Source of the DNA: an uncultured Gemmatimonadaceae bacterium
Lineage (GTDB): Bacteria; Gemmatimonadota; Gemmatimonadetes; Gemmatimonadales; GWC2-71-9
Length of the DNA stretch: 64,000 bases
Assembly (NCBI GenBank): GCA_964596925.1
Contig: CAZQWQ010000040.1
Span: 65,469 to 129,468, forward strand
Direction of reading: 5' to 3'
The notes beneath the pieces are model-generated. The model did not search any database. It was given only the letters and a program-made list of their open reading frames with translations, and was not told where the DNA came from. The number at the start of each line of letters is the position of its first letter. Position 1 is the stretch's first letter. Positions 54,285-61,910 of the stretch are shown here, piece after piece. Position numbers and translations under genes: made by a program.

Positions 54285-55138
54285 CCCTCACCGTGCGCGA
54301 AGCGCTGCTGGCCTTCCGCCGGGCGCCGCTTCTGTCGGCGCTCTCCGTCACCACGATCGCGTTCTCGTTGTTCGTGCTGGGCCTGTTCGGGCTCGTCGCC
54401 GTCAACCTGCGCCAGGCGTTGCGCGGCGTGGCCGAGCGGGTCGAAATCGTCGCGTATCTGTTGCCCGGGACTCCGATCGAGACCGTGCTGCTGGGCGAGC
54501 AGGATATCGAGGCGTTTCCCGAGGTCGCCGCCGCGGTCCATATCTCCGAGGACAGCGCCCTGGCCCGTGCCCGGCGAGAGCTGGTCGAGTTCCGCGACCT
54601 GTTGCGCGAGCTCGAGCGGAATCCCCTGCCGGCGTCGATCGAGGTGAAGCTCAAGCCCGGGTTTCAGGACGCGACACACGTAAACGCCGTGGCCGAACGG
54701 CTGAGGGGCTTCGGGTTCGTCGACGACGTGCGCTTCGGTCGAGACTGGGTGGAGAAACTCGACAAGCTGCGGCGCCTTGCCGCGGCCGTGGGCGTGGTGG
54801 TCGGCGCGGCGTTCGCGACGGTGGCCGTGATCATCATCGGCACGACGATTCGCATGGCGGTGCTGCAACGCAGCCGCGAGATCGCCATCATGCGGCTGGT
54901 GGGGGCGACTGACGGGTTTATCCGGCGCCCATTTCTGCTCCAGGGCGCCCTCAAAGGGCTGCTCGGCGGCCTCGTGGCGATCGCCCTTTCCTACGCGGCC
55001 TACGCCCTCATCAACCGGTTTCTCATCGAATCGTCTTTCTTCACGGTGGCCCAGGCGCTGGGGATCGTGGTGTTCGGGACGGTGATTGGCCTCATGGGAA
55101 GTCTCCTGAGCGTCGGCCGGCATCTCAAACGAGTGTAA
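54281..55138 (+). CDS. ftsX: Cell-division permease-like protein FtsX
   Basis: An N-terminal TM helix, a periplasmic loop, and the C-terminal FtsX 3-TM domain (IAIMRLVGATDGFIRRPF). Confidence 0.9.
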   Translation: MTLTVREALLAFRRAPLLSALSVTTIAFSLFVLGLFGLVAVNLRQALRGVAERVEIVAYLLPGTPIETVLLGEQDIEAFPEVAAAVHISEDSALARARRELVEFRDLLRELERNPLPASIEVKLKPGFQDATHVNAVAERLRGFGFVDDVRFGRDWVEKLDKLRRLAAAVGVVVGAAFATVAVIIIGTTIRMAVLQRSREIAIMRLVGATDGFIRRPFLLQGALKGLLGGLVAIALSYAAYALINRFLIESSFFTVAQALGIVVFGTVIGLMGSLLSVGRHLKRV

Positions 55139-55300
55139 CGACGTACTTCGAACGAGAGTAAGAACGCATGGAAAAGACGTATGGGGAGAAAGACGTAGGG
55201 AGAAGGCGTAGCGGCACGCGTCGCTCTTACATACGCCTTTTCCTTACGCTTCTTCCCCCTACGGTTCTTCCTTACGTCTTTTGCCTTCCGCTTTTCGCCC
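55139..55300. repeat. Low-GC palindromic short-unit repeat element, copy A (ftsX / envC-like junction)
   Basis: The left arm has 13-16-nt purine-rich units (ACGCATGGAAAAG, ACGTATGGGGAGAAAG, ACGTAGGGAGAAGG, CGTAGCGG). The centre is ACGCGT at 55216-55221. The right arm has complementary pyrimidine-rich units (CCTTTTCCTTACG, CTTCTTCCCCCTACG, GTTCTTCCTTACG, TCTTTTGCCTTCCG). The two arms can pair as a long imperfect hairpin. Confidence 0.7.
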
Positions 55301-56424
55301 AACGTCCCAATATCGAACAGCAAATGCGGGACAACCAGCAACGCCTGGAGAATATCCGGCGGGAGCGGACCCAGGCGCAGCAGGACCTGGAGCGGCTGCG
55401 CGCACAGGTGCACAATCTCGCCGACGAGCTCTCCAACCTGGAGCGGCAGCGCGAAACCACCAACCGCATTGTGAACGAGCTGGACCGCCAGATCGTCCAG
55501 TTGTCCGATGGGATCGACCAGATCACGGTGGACCTGATCCTCGCCCAGGACGCGTTGGAGGAAAAGCGTGCCGTGCTGGAACGACGGCTGGTGGATATCT
55601 ACAAACGTGGGGCCCTGTACGCCTACCAGGTGCTGCTCGCCGCGGAGAGTTTCGGCGATTTGTTGTCCCGCTACAAGTATCTCTATCTCGTGAGCCGGCA
55701 AGACCGTCAGCTGACCAATGAAATGGACCGGTTGCGCGACCGCATCGCGCAGGAGCGACGCGGGCTGGTGGGAGCGCGCGATGCGCTCGAGCGTCGCCGC
55801 GGCGAGCGCTCCGAGGAGCTGCAGCATTTCATGGACCTGGCGCGGCGACGCGAAACCAGCCTGCGCGAAACGCGGCGCAGCGTCGCGCGCGTCCAGGAGC
55901 GGCTGACCGCCGCGGACGCCGAGGAACGACGCGTGGGCGACGCGATTGCGGCACTCGAGCGCTCGCGGCGCGACGCCGAAGCCCGCGGGATCGTGTCTGG
56001 AGCCGGCACCATCTCCCACGAGAACCTCGGCACACTCGACTGGCCGGTGGACGGCCGGATCGTGTACCAGTTCGGGCCCACGGCCGGCCCAGACAACACG
56101 CGGATCACCTGGCACGGGATCGGCATTGCCGCGGCGCCGGGCACGCCGGTGACGGCGGTCGCGCCGGGGACGGTGGCGCTGGTGGGGCCGCTCGGCACCT
56201 ACCTCACGACCGTGATTCTCGATCACGGTGGCGGGTTCTATACCGTGTACGCCACCCTGAGAGACGCCGCCGTCGCGAAGGGTGAGCGGGTGGGGCGCGG
56301 GCATGTCATCGGCCACGTGGGCGGAGGCGCCAGCGACCACGGCCCCCACCTGCACTTCGAGATCAGGGGACCGGGGCAGATCGCTCTGGATCCGGCGAAC
56401 TGGCTGAGGCCACGGCAGCGATAA
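55168..56424 (+). CDS. EnvC-like coiled-coil M23 peptidoglycan metalloendopeptidase/activator
   Basis: Long coiled coil plus a C-terminal M23 domain (HGIGIAA..GTPV.AVA.G.V..........ILDHGGGFYTVYA......HLHFEIR). It lies directly after ftsEX, as envC does. The start is uncertain: ATG 55168 lies inside a low-GC repeat element, and the next in-frame ATG is 55324. Confidence 0.85.
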   Translation: MEKTYGEKDVGRRRSGTRRSYIRLFLTLLPPTVLPYVFCLPLFAQRPNIEQQMRDNQQRLENIRRERTQAQQDLERLRAQVHNLADELSNLERQRETTNRIVNELDRQIVQLSDGIDQITVDLILAQDALEEKRAVLERRLVDIYKRGALYAYQVLLAAESFGDLLSRYKYLYLVSRQDRQLTNEMDRLRDRIAQERRGLVGARDALERRRGERSEELQHFMDLARRRETSLRETRRSVARVQERLTAADAEERRVGDAIAALERSRRDAEARGIVSGAGTISHENLGTLDWPVDGRIVYQFGPTAGPDNTRITWHGIGIAAAPGTPVTAVAPGTVALVGPLGTYLTTVILDHGGGFYTVYATLRDAAVAKGERVGRGHVIGHVGGGASDHGPHLHFEIRGPGQIALDPANWLRPRQR

Positions 56425-57353
56425 TGGGACGACGTATGGAAAGAGACGTGGGAAAACAGCGTAGGGATATGCGTAGCTACGTTTTTTCCCTACGCCGTTC
56501 TCCCCTTACGTTTTTTCCTTACGCCTTTTGTCTGGTCGCCTGCCCCTCCCAACCCACTTCTCTGCGACTCGCCGGCACGGTAGAAATCCGCGAGCTCCGT
56601 CTGGCCTCGCTGGCAGCCGGCCGAATCGCGCGGCTGCTCAAGGACGAGGGCGACTCGGTGCGCCGCGGCGACACGATCGCGCTGCTCGAGCAACCCGGCC
56701 TGGCGGCGTTGATCGGCCAGCGGCGCGCGCAGGCGCAAAGCGCCGAGCGCCGCACGGCCGAGGTCACTGCCGCGCTGGCGGACAGTGCGAGGGCGGCGAA
56801 CGACCTCGCACGAGCCGGCCGCCTCCGTGAGCAGGGAATCATCGCTCCCCAGCAGTACGACAATCTAGTAGGCGCCGCGACGGCCGCCGCCGCCCGGCTG
56901 CGGGCCGTCCGCTCCGCGGGTAGCGACGCGCGAGCCGCCGCGCAGGGGCTCGCCGTCACCGAGGCGATCCGCGACGAGCTGGTGCTCATCGCTCCCGCGG
57001 ACGGCGTCATCCTCACACGCTACCTCGAGGCGGGGGAGGCGGCCGCGGTGGGAACGCCGATTGTATCGCTCGGTGTCGTGTCGCAACCCTGGGTGCGCGC
57101 TTACGTCGGCGAGCCGTTCATCGCGCGGCTGCGCCCTGGGCAGACGGTGGCAATCCGTGCCGACGGGGTGGCGACGCCGATCGCCGGCCGGGTCATCGAG
57201 ATCGCGTCGCGCGCCGAGTTCACGCCGCGCGCGGCGCTCACCGAGCGCGAGCGCGCCGACCTCGTGTTCGGTATCAAGGTGGCGTTCGACGACCCGGCGG
57301 GTCGCCTCAAGGCGGGGTTGCCGGTCACACTCGAGGTCCCGCTCTCGCCGTGA
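56424..57353 (+). CDS. HlyD-family membrane-fusion/periplasmic adaptor protein (YbhG-like)
   Basis: Barrel-sandwich and hairpin regions (GTVEIRELRLAS..GRI..LLKDEGDSVRRGDTIALL; PADGVILTR; FTPRAALTERERADLVFGIKV). ATG 56424 overlaps the envC-like stop (TAATG). An alternative ATG at 56469 would give a lipoprotein signal ...FCLVAC. Confidence 0.85.
   Translation: MGRRMERDVGKQRRDMRSYVFSLRRSPLTFFPYAFCLVACPSQPTSLRLAGTVEIRELRLASLAAGRIARLLKDEGDSVRRGDTIALLEQPGLAALIGQRRAQAQSAERRTAEVTAALADSARAANDLARAGRLREQGIIAPQQYDNLVGAATAAAARLRAVRSAGSDARAAAQGLAVTEAIRDELVLIAPADGVILTRYLEAGEAAAVGTPIVSLGVVSQPWVRAYVGEPFIARLRPGQTVAIRADGVATPIAGRVIEIASRAEFTPRAALTERERADLVFGIKVAFDDPAGRLKAGLPVTLEVPLSP
56427..56535. repeat. Low-GC palindromic short-unit repeat element, copy B (envC-like / hlyD junction)
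   Basis: Left-arm units are ACGTATGGAAAGAG, ACGTGGGAAAACAG and CGTAGGGATATG. The centre is a perfect palindrome CGTAGCTACG (56472-56481). Right-arm units are TTTTTTCCCTACG, CCGTTCTCCCCTTACG, TTTTTTCCTTACG and CCTTTTGTC. The architecture matches copy A. Confidence 0.7.
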
Positions 57354-58084
57354 CCGACGTCGCGGTCGACATCCGCGAGCTCACGCGCCGGTTCGGCGCC
57401 CTCACCGCCGTTTCCCAGCTCACACTCCAGATCGCCCGTGGGGAGGTGTTCGGCCTGCTCGGACCGAACGGCTCCGGAAAGACGACGACCATCCGCATGC
57501 TGTGCGGCCTGCTTGATCCCACGTCCGGTGGCGCGACGGTGGCCGGCATCGACGTCAGTACCGCGCCCGAGCGGGTCAAGACGCAGATCGGCTACATGTC
57601 CCAGCGGTTCGGGCTATACGAGGACCTTACGGTCGCCGAGAATCTCCAGTTCTACGGCGGGATCTACGGATTGCGCGGCGCCGCGCAGGCGACACGCCTG
57701 GCGGAGCTTGTGGCATTCCTCGGGCTCGGGAGCCGGATGCACCAGCTCGCCGCCCAGCTGTCCGGCGGATGGAAGCAGCGCCTGGCGCTGGGGTGCGCGT
57801 TGCTGCACCAGCCGCCGGTGCTCTTCCTCGACGAGCCGACCGCCGGGGTCGACCCCGCGGCGCGGCGCAGTTTCTGGAGCGCGATCCATGACCTCGCGCG
57901 CCGCGGCACGACGGTGCTCGTGACGACGCACTACATGGACGAGGCGGAACGGTGCGACCGCCTGGCGATGATGAGCCTCGGGCACCTCATCGCCCTCGGG
58001 TCGCCGGCGGAAGTCGCGCAGCAGGTCGGGGGCAAAACGCTCGAGGACGCGTTCGTCATTCTGCAGGAGCGCGACGAGCGATGA
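57350..58084 (+). CDS. ABC transporter ATP-binding protein (ABC-2 exporter type)
   Basis: Motifs GPNGSGKTT, LSGGWKQRLALGCAL and LFLDEPTAGVDP. The GTG start forms a GTGA overlap. Confidence 0.92.
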   Translation: MTDVAVDIRELTRRFGALTAVSQLTLQIARGEVFGLLGPNGSGKTTTIRMLCGLLDPTSGGATVAGIDVSTAPERVKTQIGYMSQRFGLYEDLTVAENLQFYGGIYGLRGAAQATRLAELVAFLGLGSRMHQLAAQLSGGWKQRLALGCALLHQPPVLFLDEPTAGVDPAARRSFWSAIHDLARRGTTVLVTTHYMDEAERCDRLAMMSLGHLIALGSPAEVAQQVGGKTLEDAFVILQERDER

Positions 58085-59193
58085 TGACGCGGCTCTGGCC
58101 GATGGTGCGCAAGGAATTCCTCCAGATGCGCCGCGACCGCCTCACCCTGGGATTGATGTTCGGCGTCCCCGTCGCCCAGCTCCTCATGTTCGGGTTCGCG
58201 ATTCAGACGGACGTCCGGCATATCCCCACCGTGGTCGTGGACGAATCCCGCACGCCCGCCAGCCGTGACATCATTGCCGCGCTCGAGAATACGGGAAACT
58301 TCCGCGTCGTGGCACACGTGGACGGCCGCCCGGCGCTCGATGCCGCGTTCGCCGGGGGGGACGCCCAGGCGGGCATCGTGATCCCCAATGACTACTCGCG
58401 AAACGTTGGCCGCGGCACGACGGCCACGATCCAGGTGATCGTGGATGCTTCGGACCCGCTCTCCTCGCAGTCGGCGCTCGCCGCCGCCGCGGGACTGGGC
58501 CAGGCGCGCAATCTGGCGATTCTCGCCGCCGCGGCCGGCCGCACGAGTCTGCCGATAGACGTCCGCATCCGTCCGCGCTACAACCCGGGGCTGCGAAGCC
58601 CCAACTACATCGTGCCCGGCCTGGTCGGACTCGTCCTGACGATGACCATGGTCCTGATCACCGCCATGGCAATCGTACGCGAGCGGGAGCGGGGCACGCT
58701 CGAGCAGCTCATCGTCACGCCGATCACCAAAACCGAACTGATGCTCGGGAAAATCGCGCCCTACATCGGCGTCGGGTTGTTCCAGATGTCCGCCGTCCTG
58801 ATCCTCGGCCGATTCGTCTTCGATGTCCCGTTCGTCGGGAGCCTGTGGCTCCTGTACGGCGTCAGTCTGGTGTTCATCGTGGTGAGCCTGAGCCTTGGCC
58901 TGTACATCTCGGCGCTTGTTCAGACGCAGCAGCAGGCGATCCAGCTGAGCTTCTTTTTCATGCTCCCAAGCATCCTGCTCTCGGGGTTCATGTTCCCGCG
59001 CCAGGCGATGCCCGAGTTTTTCCAGTGGTTGGGATTGTTGTTGCCGATCACGCCGTTCCTGGAAGTCCTGCGGGGCATCCTCCTCAAGGGTGTGGGTCTC
59101 GAAGCCCTCTGGCCGCAGACGCTGTTGCTGGCCGGCTTCGCAGTGGGGCTGATCACGCTGGCCGTGCGGCGGTTTCACAAGACGCTGGACTAA
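58081..59193 (+). CDS. ABC-2 type transporter permease (YbhS/YbhR-like)
   Basis: ATG at 58081 forms an ATGA overlap. N-terminal TM helix, large periplasmic loop, then five or six TM helices (IVRERERGTLEQL). Confidence 0.9.
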   Translation: MMTRLWPMVRKEFLQMRRDRLTLGLMFGVPVAQLLMFGFAIQTDVRHIPTVVVDESRTPASRDIIAALENTGNFRVVAHVDGRPALDAAFAGGDAQAGIVIPNDYSRNVGRGTTATIQVIVDASDPLSSQSALAAAAGLGQARNLAILAAAAGRTSLPIDVRIRPRYNPGLRSPNYIVPGLVGLVLTMTMVLITAMAIVRERERGTLEQLIVTPITKTELMLGKIAPYIGVGLFQMSAVLILGRFVFDVPFVGSLWLLYGVSLVFIVVSLSLGLYISALVQTQQQAIQLSFFFMLPSILLSGFMFPRQAMPEFFQWLGLLLPITPFLEVLRGILLKGVGLEALWPQTLLLAGFAVGLITLAVRRFHKTLD

Positions 59194-59197
59194 CCGG

Positions 59198-59878
59198 ATG
59201 CGCCCTTCCCCGGAGACGTTGCCAGTTCGTAAACGGATGGTGCGGCAGCAGCTCGCGCGGCGCGGCATTGGCGACCGACGCGTGCTGGCGGCGATGGCCT
59301 GGGTGCCGCGCGAGTGGTTCCTCCCGCCGACGCTCGCGGCGGAAGCCTATCACGACGGGCCGCTCCCGATCGGGAGCGGTCAGACCATCTCCCAACCGTT
59401 CATCGTCGCGCTGATGACGGCCTCGGTCGCTCCGCGCCGGCGCCATCGCGTGCTCGAAGTCGGGACGGGATCCGGCTACCAGACCGCCGTGCTGGCACGC
59501 TTGGTGGCGCGGGTCTTCACCGTGGAGCGGCTCCCCGACCTGCTGGTCGAAGCCGAGGAGCGGTTTCGGCGTCTCAGGATCCACAACATCGAGACCCGGC
59601 TCGGAGACGGGGCAGCCGGGTGGCCGGAAACGGCTCCGTTCGACGGGATCCTCGTCACTGCGGCGACGCCGCGCATCCCTACCCCACTGCTGCACCAGCT
59701 CGCCCCCGGCGGGCGCCTCGTGGCGCCGGTCGGTGACCAGACCGAGCAGGAGCTGGTCATCGTCACGCGGACAGCGTCGGGGTGGCAGGAGCAAGGCGCG
59801 GGAGGCGTGCGGTTCGTGCCGCTCGTGTCCCGGCTGGCGTTCCCGGAGGACCCACCCGGGTTGCCGAAAAATGATTAG
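59198..59878 (+). CDS. pcm: Protein-L-isoaspartate O-methyltransferase
   Basis: Motifs GQTISQPFIVALM, VLEVGTGSGYQTAVLA and GGRLVAPVG. Confidence 0.93.
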   Translation: MRPSPETLPVRKRMVRQQLARRGIGDRRVLAAMAWVPREWFLPPTLAAEAYHDGPLPIGSGQTISQPFIVALMTASVAPRRRHRVLEVGTGSGYQTAVLARLVARVFTVERLPDLLVEAEERFRRLRIHNIETRLGDGAAGWPETAPFDGILVTAATPRIPTPLLHQLAPGGRLVAPVGDQTEQELVIVTRTASGWQEQGAGGVRFVPLVSRLAFPEDPPGLPKND

Positions 59879-59887
59879 GATTATCGA
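59867..59887. promoter_or_regulatory. AT-rich Fur/Zur-box-like sequence upstream of the metal-uptake block
   Basis: AAAAATGATTAGGATTATCGA stands out in a GC-rich context. It partially resembles the classical Fur box GATAATGATAATCATTATC (AATGAT.A and GATTATC parts). It overlaps the pcm stop, ~55 nt upstream of the Cys/His ORF. Confidence 0.3.
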
Positions 59888-59937
59888 CACGCGCACGGGG
59901 ACGCGATCCGGTCGTTCCCCGACGGTGTAGGAGACGC

Positions 59938-60297
59938 ATGCGACACTCGCTTCACGGCAGGCTTCACGGATGGGCGCGCGGCATGGCCACGGTGCTGCTG
60001 GCGCTGCAGGCGCTGGCCGGCGGCGCGGTCGCGCTCGCTCACGCCGCCGACTCGCAGCGCGGACCCGTGGCCATCGAGTCGGGCCACACCGCCCAGTGCG
60101 TGACGCTTCACGATCCCGCCCGCTGCGCGCAGTGTCAGTATCATGCGACCCGTACGATCCCGGCCGAGACGCGACGGGAGCCGTTCACCGTCGATCCCCA
60201 CCGTCAGTCCACGGGGTGCCAGTACGCCGACTTGCCGGCCGCCCGCCCGCACCTTCGCACCGCTCCACCCCGCGCGCCTCCCGCTCCCCTGTCCTGA
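59938..60297 (+). CDS. Small secreted Cys/His-rich hypothetical protein
   Basis: 119-aa ORF with GC-rich third positions and a signal-like MATVLLALQALAGGAVALAHA. It has four Cys and many His residues (GHTAQCVTLHDPARCAQCQYH...GCQY). It heads the metal-uptake gene block. No family recognised. Confidence 0.45.
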   Translation: MRHSLHGRLHGWARGMATVLLALQALAGGAVALAHAADSQRGPVAIESGHTAQCVTLHDPARCAQCQYHATRTIPAETRREPFTVDPHRQSTGCQYADLPAARPHLRTAPPRAPPAPLS

Positions 60298-60392
60298 AAT
60301 CCGGCCGGCCCATTGACGGGCCCGGCCGCGTTACCGCGCTCGGCCCCGTTGGCCGTCGCGCGGACACGACCTGGACAGGAGTTCGAGATCAC

Positions 60393-61892
60393 ATGTGGTC
60401 ATCCCGTTGTCCTTGGCTCGTCGTCGCAGTGACGATTGCCGCTCCGCTGGGAGCTCTGGCGGCTCAGCAACCGTCGCGGGAGGCGACCCAACGTCAGGTG
60501 GATTCACTCGCCGCCAAGCTGCGGCGCGTGCAGGCGCGTCTCGACAGTGTGCTCGCGCTGCTCGTGCAGCTGCAGGCCAACCGACCGGCGCGCACCGACT
60601 CAGGGCTGGTAGCTGCCCGAGCCGACAGCGCGGCGGCGCAGCGCCAGCAGCGCACGCTCGACTCCCTGACCGCAGTCATCCGCACCATGCAGGCGCGGAT
60701 GGATAGCCTGGGGCGGGCGGGCGGCGAGCAGCCGGCCGCGCCGCTGCCCGGGCAACAATCGTCGTCGCCAGGGCGTACGAGCGGAGCCTATATGAACATC
60801 GGCTTCGTGTCATTGACTGACCTGGGCTGGTCGACCGAGCCCGATGTCGGCTCGCTCCAACTCGGCGACCATGATCCCGTGGTGCGCGGCTTTACGCTTC
60901 CCAACTCCGAAATCTCGCTGGACGGGGCCGTGGATCCGTACTTCAAAGGGTTCAGCAGCATCGTTTTCAAGCTGGACGCAGAAGGGGAGACGGGCGTCGA
61001 GCTGGAAGAGGTCTATTTCCTGACCACTTCGCTTCCGGGGAACCTGCAGGTTAAAGGCGGGCAGTTCTTCACTGAATTCGGCCGGCAGAATCCGCAGCAC
61101 CCCCACTCGTGGGCTTTCGTGGACCAGCCGTTGGTGCTCAATCGGATGTTCGGCCCCGAAGGGTTGCGGAGCCAAGGCGTCAGGGTCTCCTGGCTCGCGC
61201 CGATATCGTTCTACACCGAGGCCATGGTGAGTGTTCTGAACAGCGTTGGGGGAACGACGTTCAGCTTTCGCTCAGACGAGTCATCAGAAATCCACGGAGG
61301 TGTACCCGCTGAGCGTGAGGTACGCGGAGCGGGGGACCTGCTGGTCGTGCCGCGTGTCGCCACATCGTTCGATCTGACGGCTACGCAAACGCTGCTGCTG
61401 GGAGCGTCGGCGGCGTTCGGCCCGAATAATTCCGGGTCTTCGGCCGGGACGCAGATCTACGGCGTCGACCTCTACTGGAAATGGAAGTCAGCCACAGCCC
61501 ATCAGGGCTTCCCGTTTGTCTCGTGGCAGACCGAGGCGCTGTATCGCCGGTATGAAGCAGCGCAGCGCGTGTCGGCCGATGACTCGACGGTCACGTTGCT
61601 CGACGAGACGCTCAGCGACCGGGGCGTTTATTCGCAGGTGCTGTGGGGAATCAAACCACGCGTCGTGGCCGGGCTGCGCGGCGAATTCACCAGCGGCGAC
61701 AATGGCGCGTTCGACTCGCAGCTGCGCGCTGCTCGTTTTCGTCTATCACCGAATATGACGTTGTATCCCACTGAGTTCTCGAAGGTGCGGCTGCAATACA
61801 ACTACGACCACCGCAAGGGAATCGGCGGTGATCACTCCGTGTGGTTGCAGTTTGAGTTCCTGCTGGGTGCACACGCATCACACAAATTCTAA
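60393..61892 (+). CDS. Outer-membrane beta-barrel protein with N-terminal coiled coil and His-rich C-terminus (candidate metal-uptake porin)
   Basis: ATG at 60393 after GGACAGGAG. Signal peptide, a ~100-aa Q/R/L/A helical segment, then barrel-like strands ending ...WLQFEFLLGAHASHKF. Adjacent to ZnuA/ZnuB-like genes. Confidence 0.7.
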   Translation: MWSSRCPWLVVAVTIAAPLGALAAQQPSREATQRQVDSLAAKLRRVQARLDSVLALLVQLQANRPARTDSGLVAARADSAAAQRQQRTLDSLTAVIRTMQARMDSLGRAGGEQPAAPLPGQQSSSPGRTSGAYMNIGFVSLTDLGWSTEPDVGSLQLGDHDPVVRGFTLPNSEISLDGAVDPYFKGFSSIVFKLDAEGETGVELEEVYFLTTSLPGNLQVKGGQFFTEFGRQNPQHPHSWAFVDQPLVLNRMFGPEGLRSQGVRVSWLAPISFYTEAMVSVLNSVGGTTFSFRSDESSEIHGGVPAEREVRGAGDLLVVPRVATSFDLTATQTLLLGASAAFGPNNSGSSAGTQIYGVDLYWKWKSATAHQGFPFVSWQTEALYRRYEAAQRVSADDSTVTLLDETLSDRGVYSQVLWGIKPRVVAGLRGEFTSGDNGAFDSQLRAARFRLSPNMTLYPTEFSKVRLQYNYDHRKGIGGDHSVWLQFEFLLGAHASHKF

Positions 61893-61910
61893 GGGGCGAC
61901 GAGAAATGAT

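Noticed and set aside
55139-56535. Possibility that the short repeated units are a CRISPR array
   Set aside because: The units are only 13-16 nt, abut each other without spacers, occur in inverted blocks, and no cas genes are nearby.
57931-59268. 445-aa minus-strand ORF
   Set aside because: It is antisense to the ABC-2 permease, which has clear TM-helix periodicity and an ATGA-coupled start.
59970-60392. N-terminal 141 codons of the 640-aa ORF-track version of the OM barrel gene
   Set aside because: This part is Arg/Gly/Pro-rich with no signal peptide. The internal ATG at 60393 has an SD-like GGACAGGAG and gives a canonical signal sequence. The region is better explained by the Cys/His ORF in another frame.
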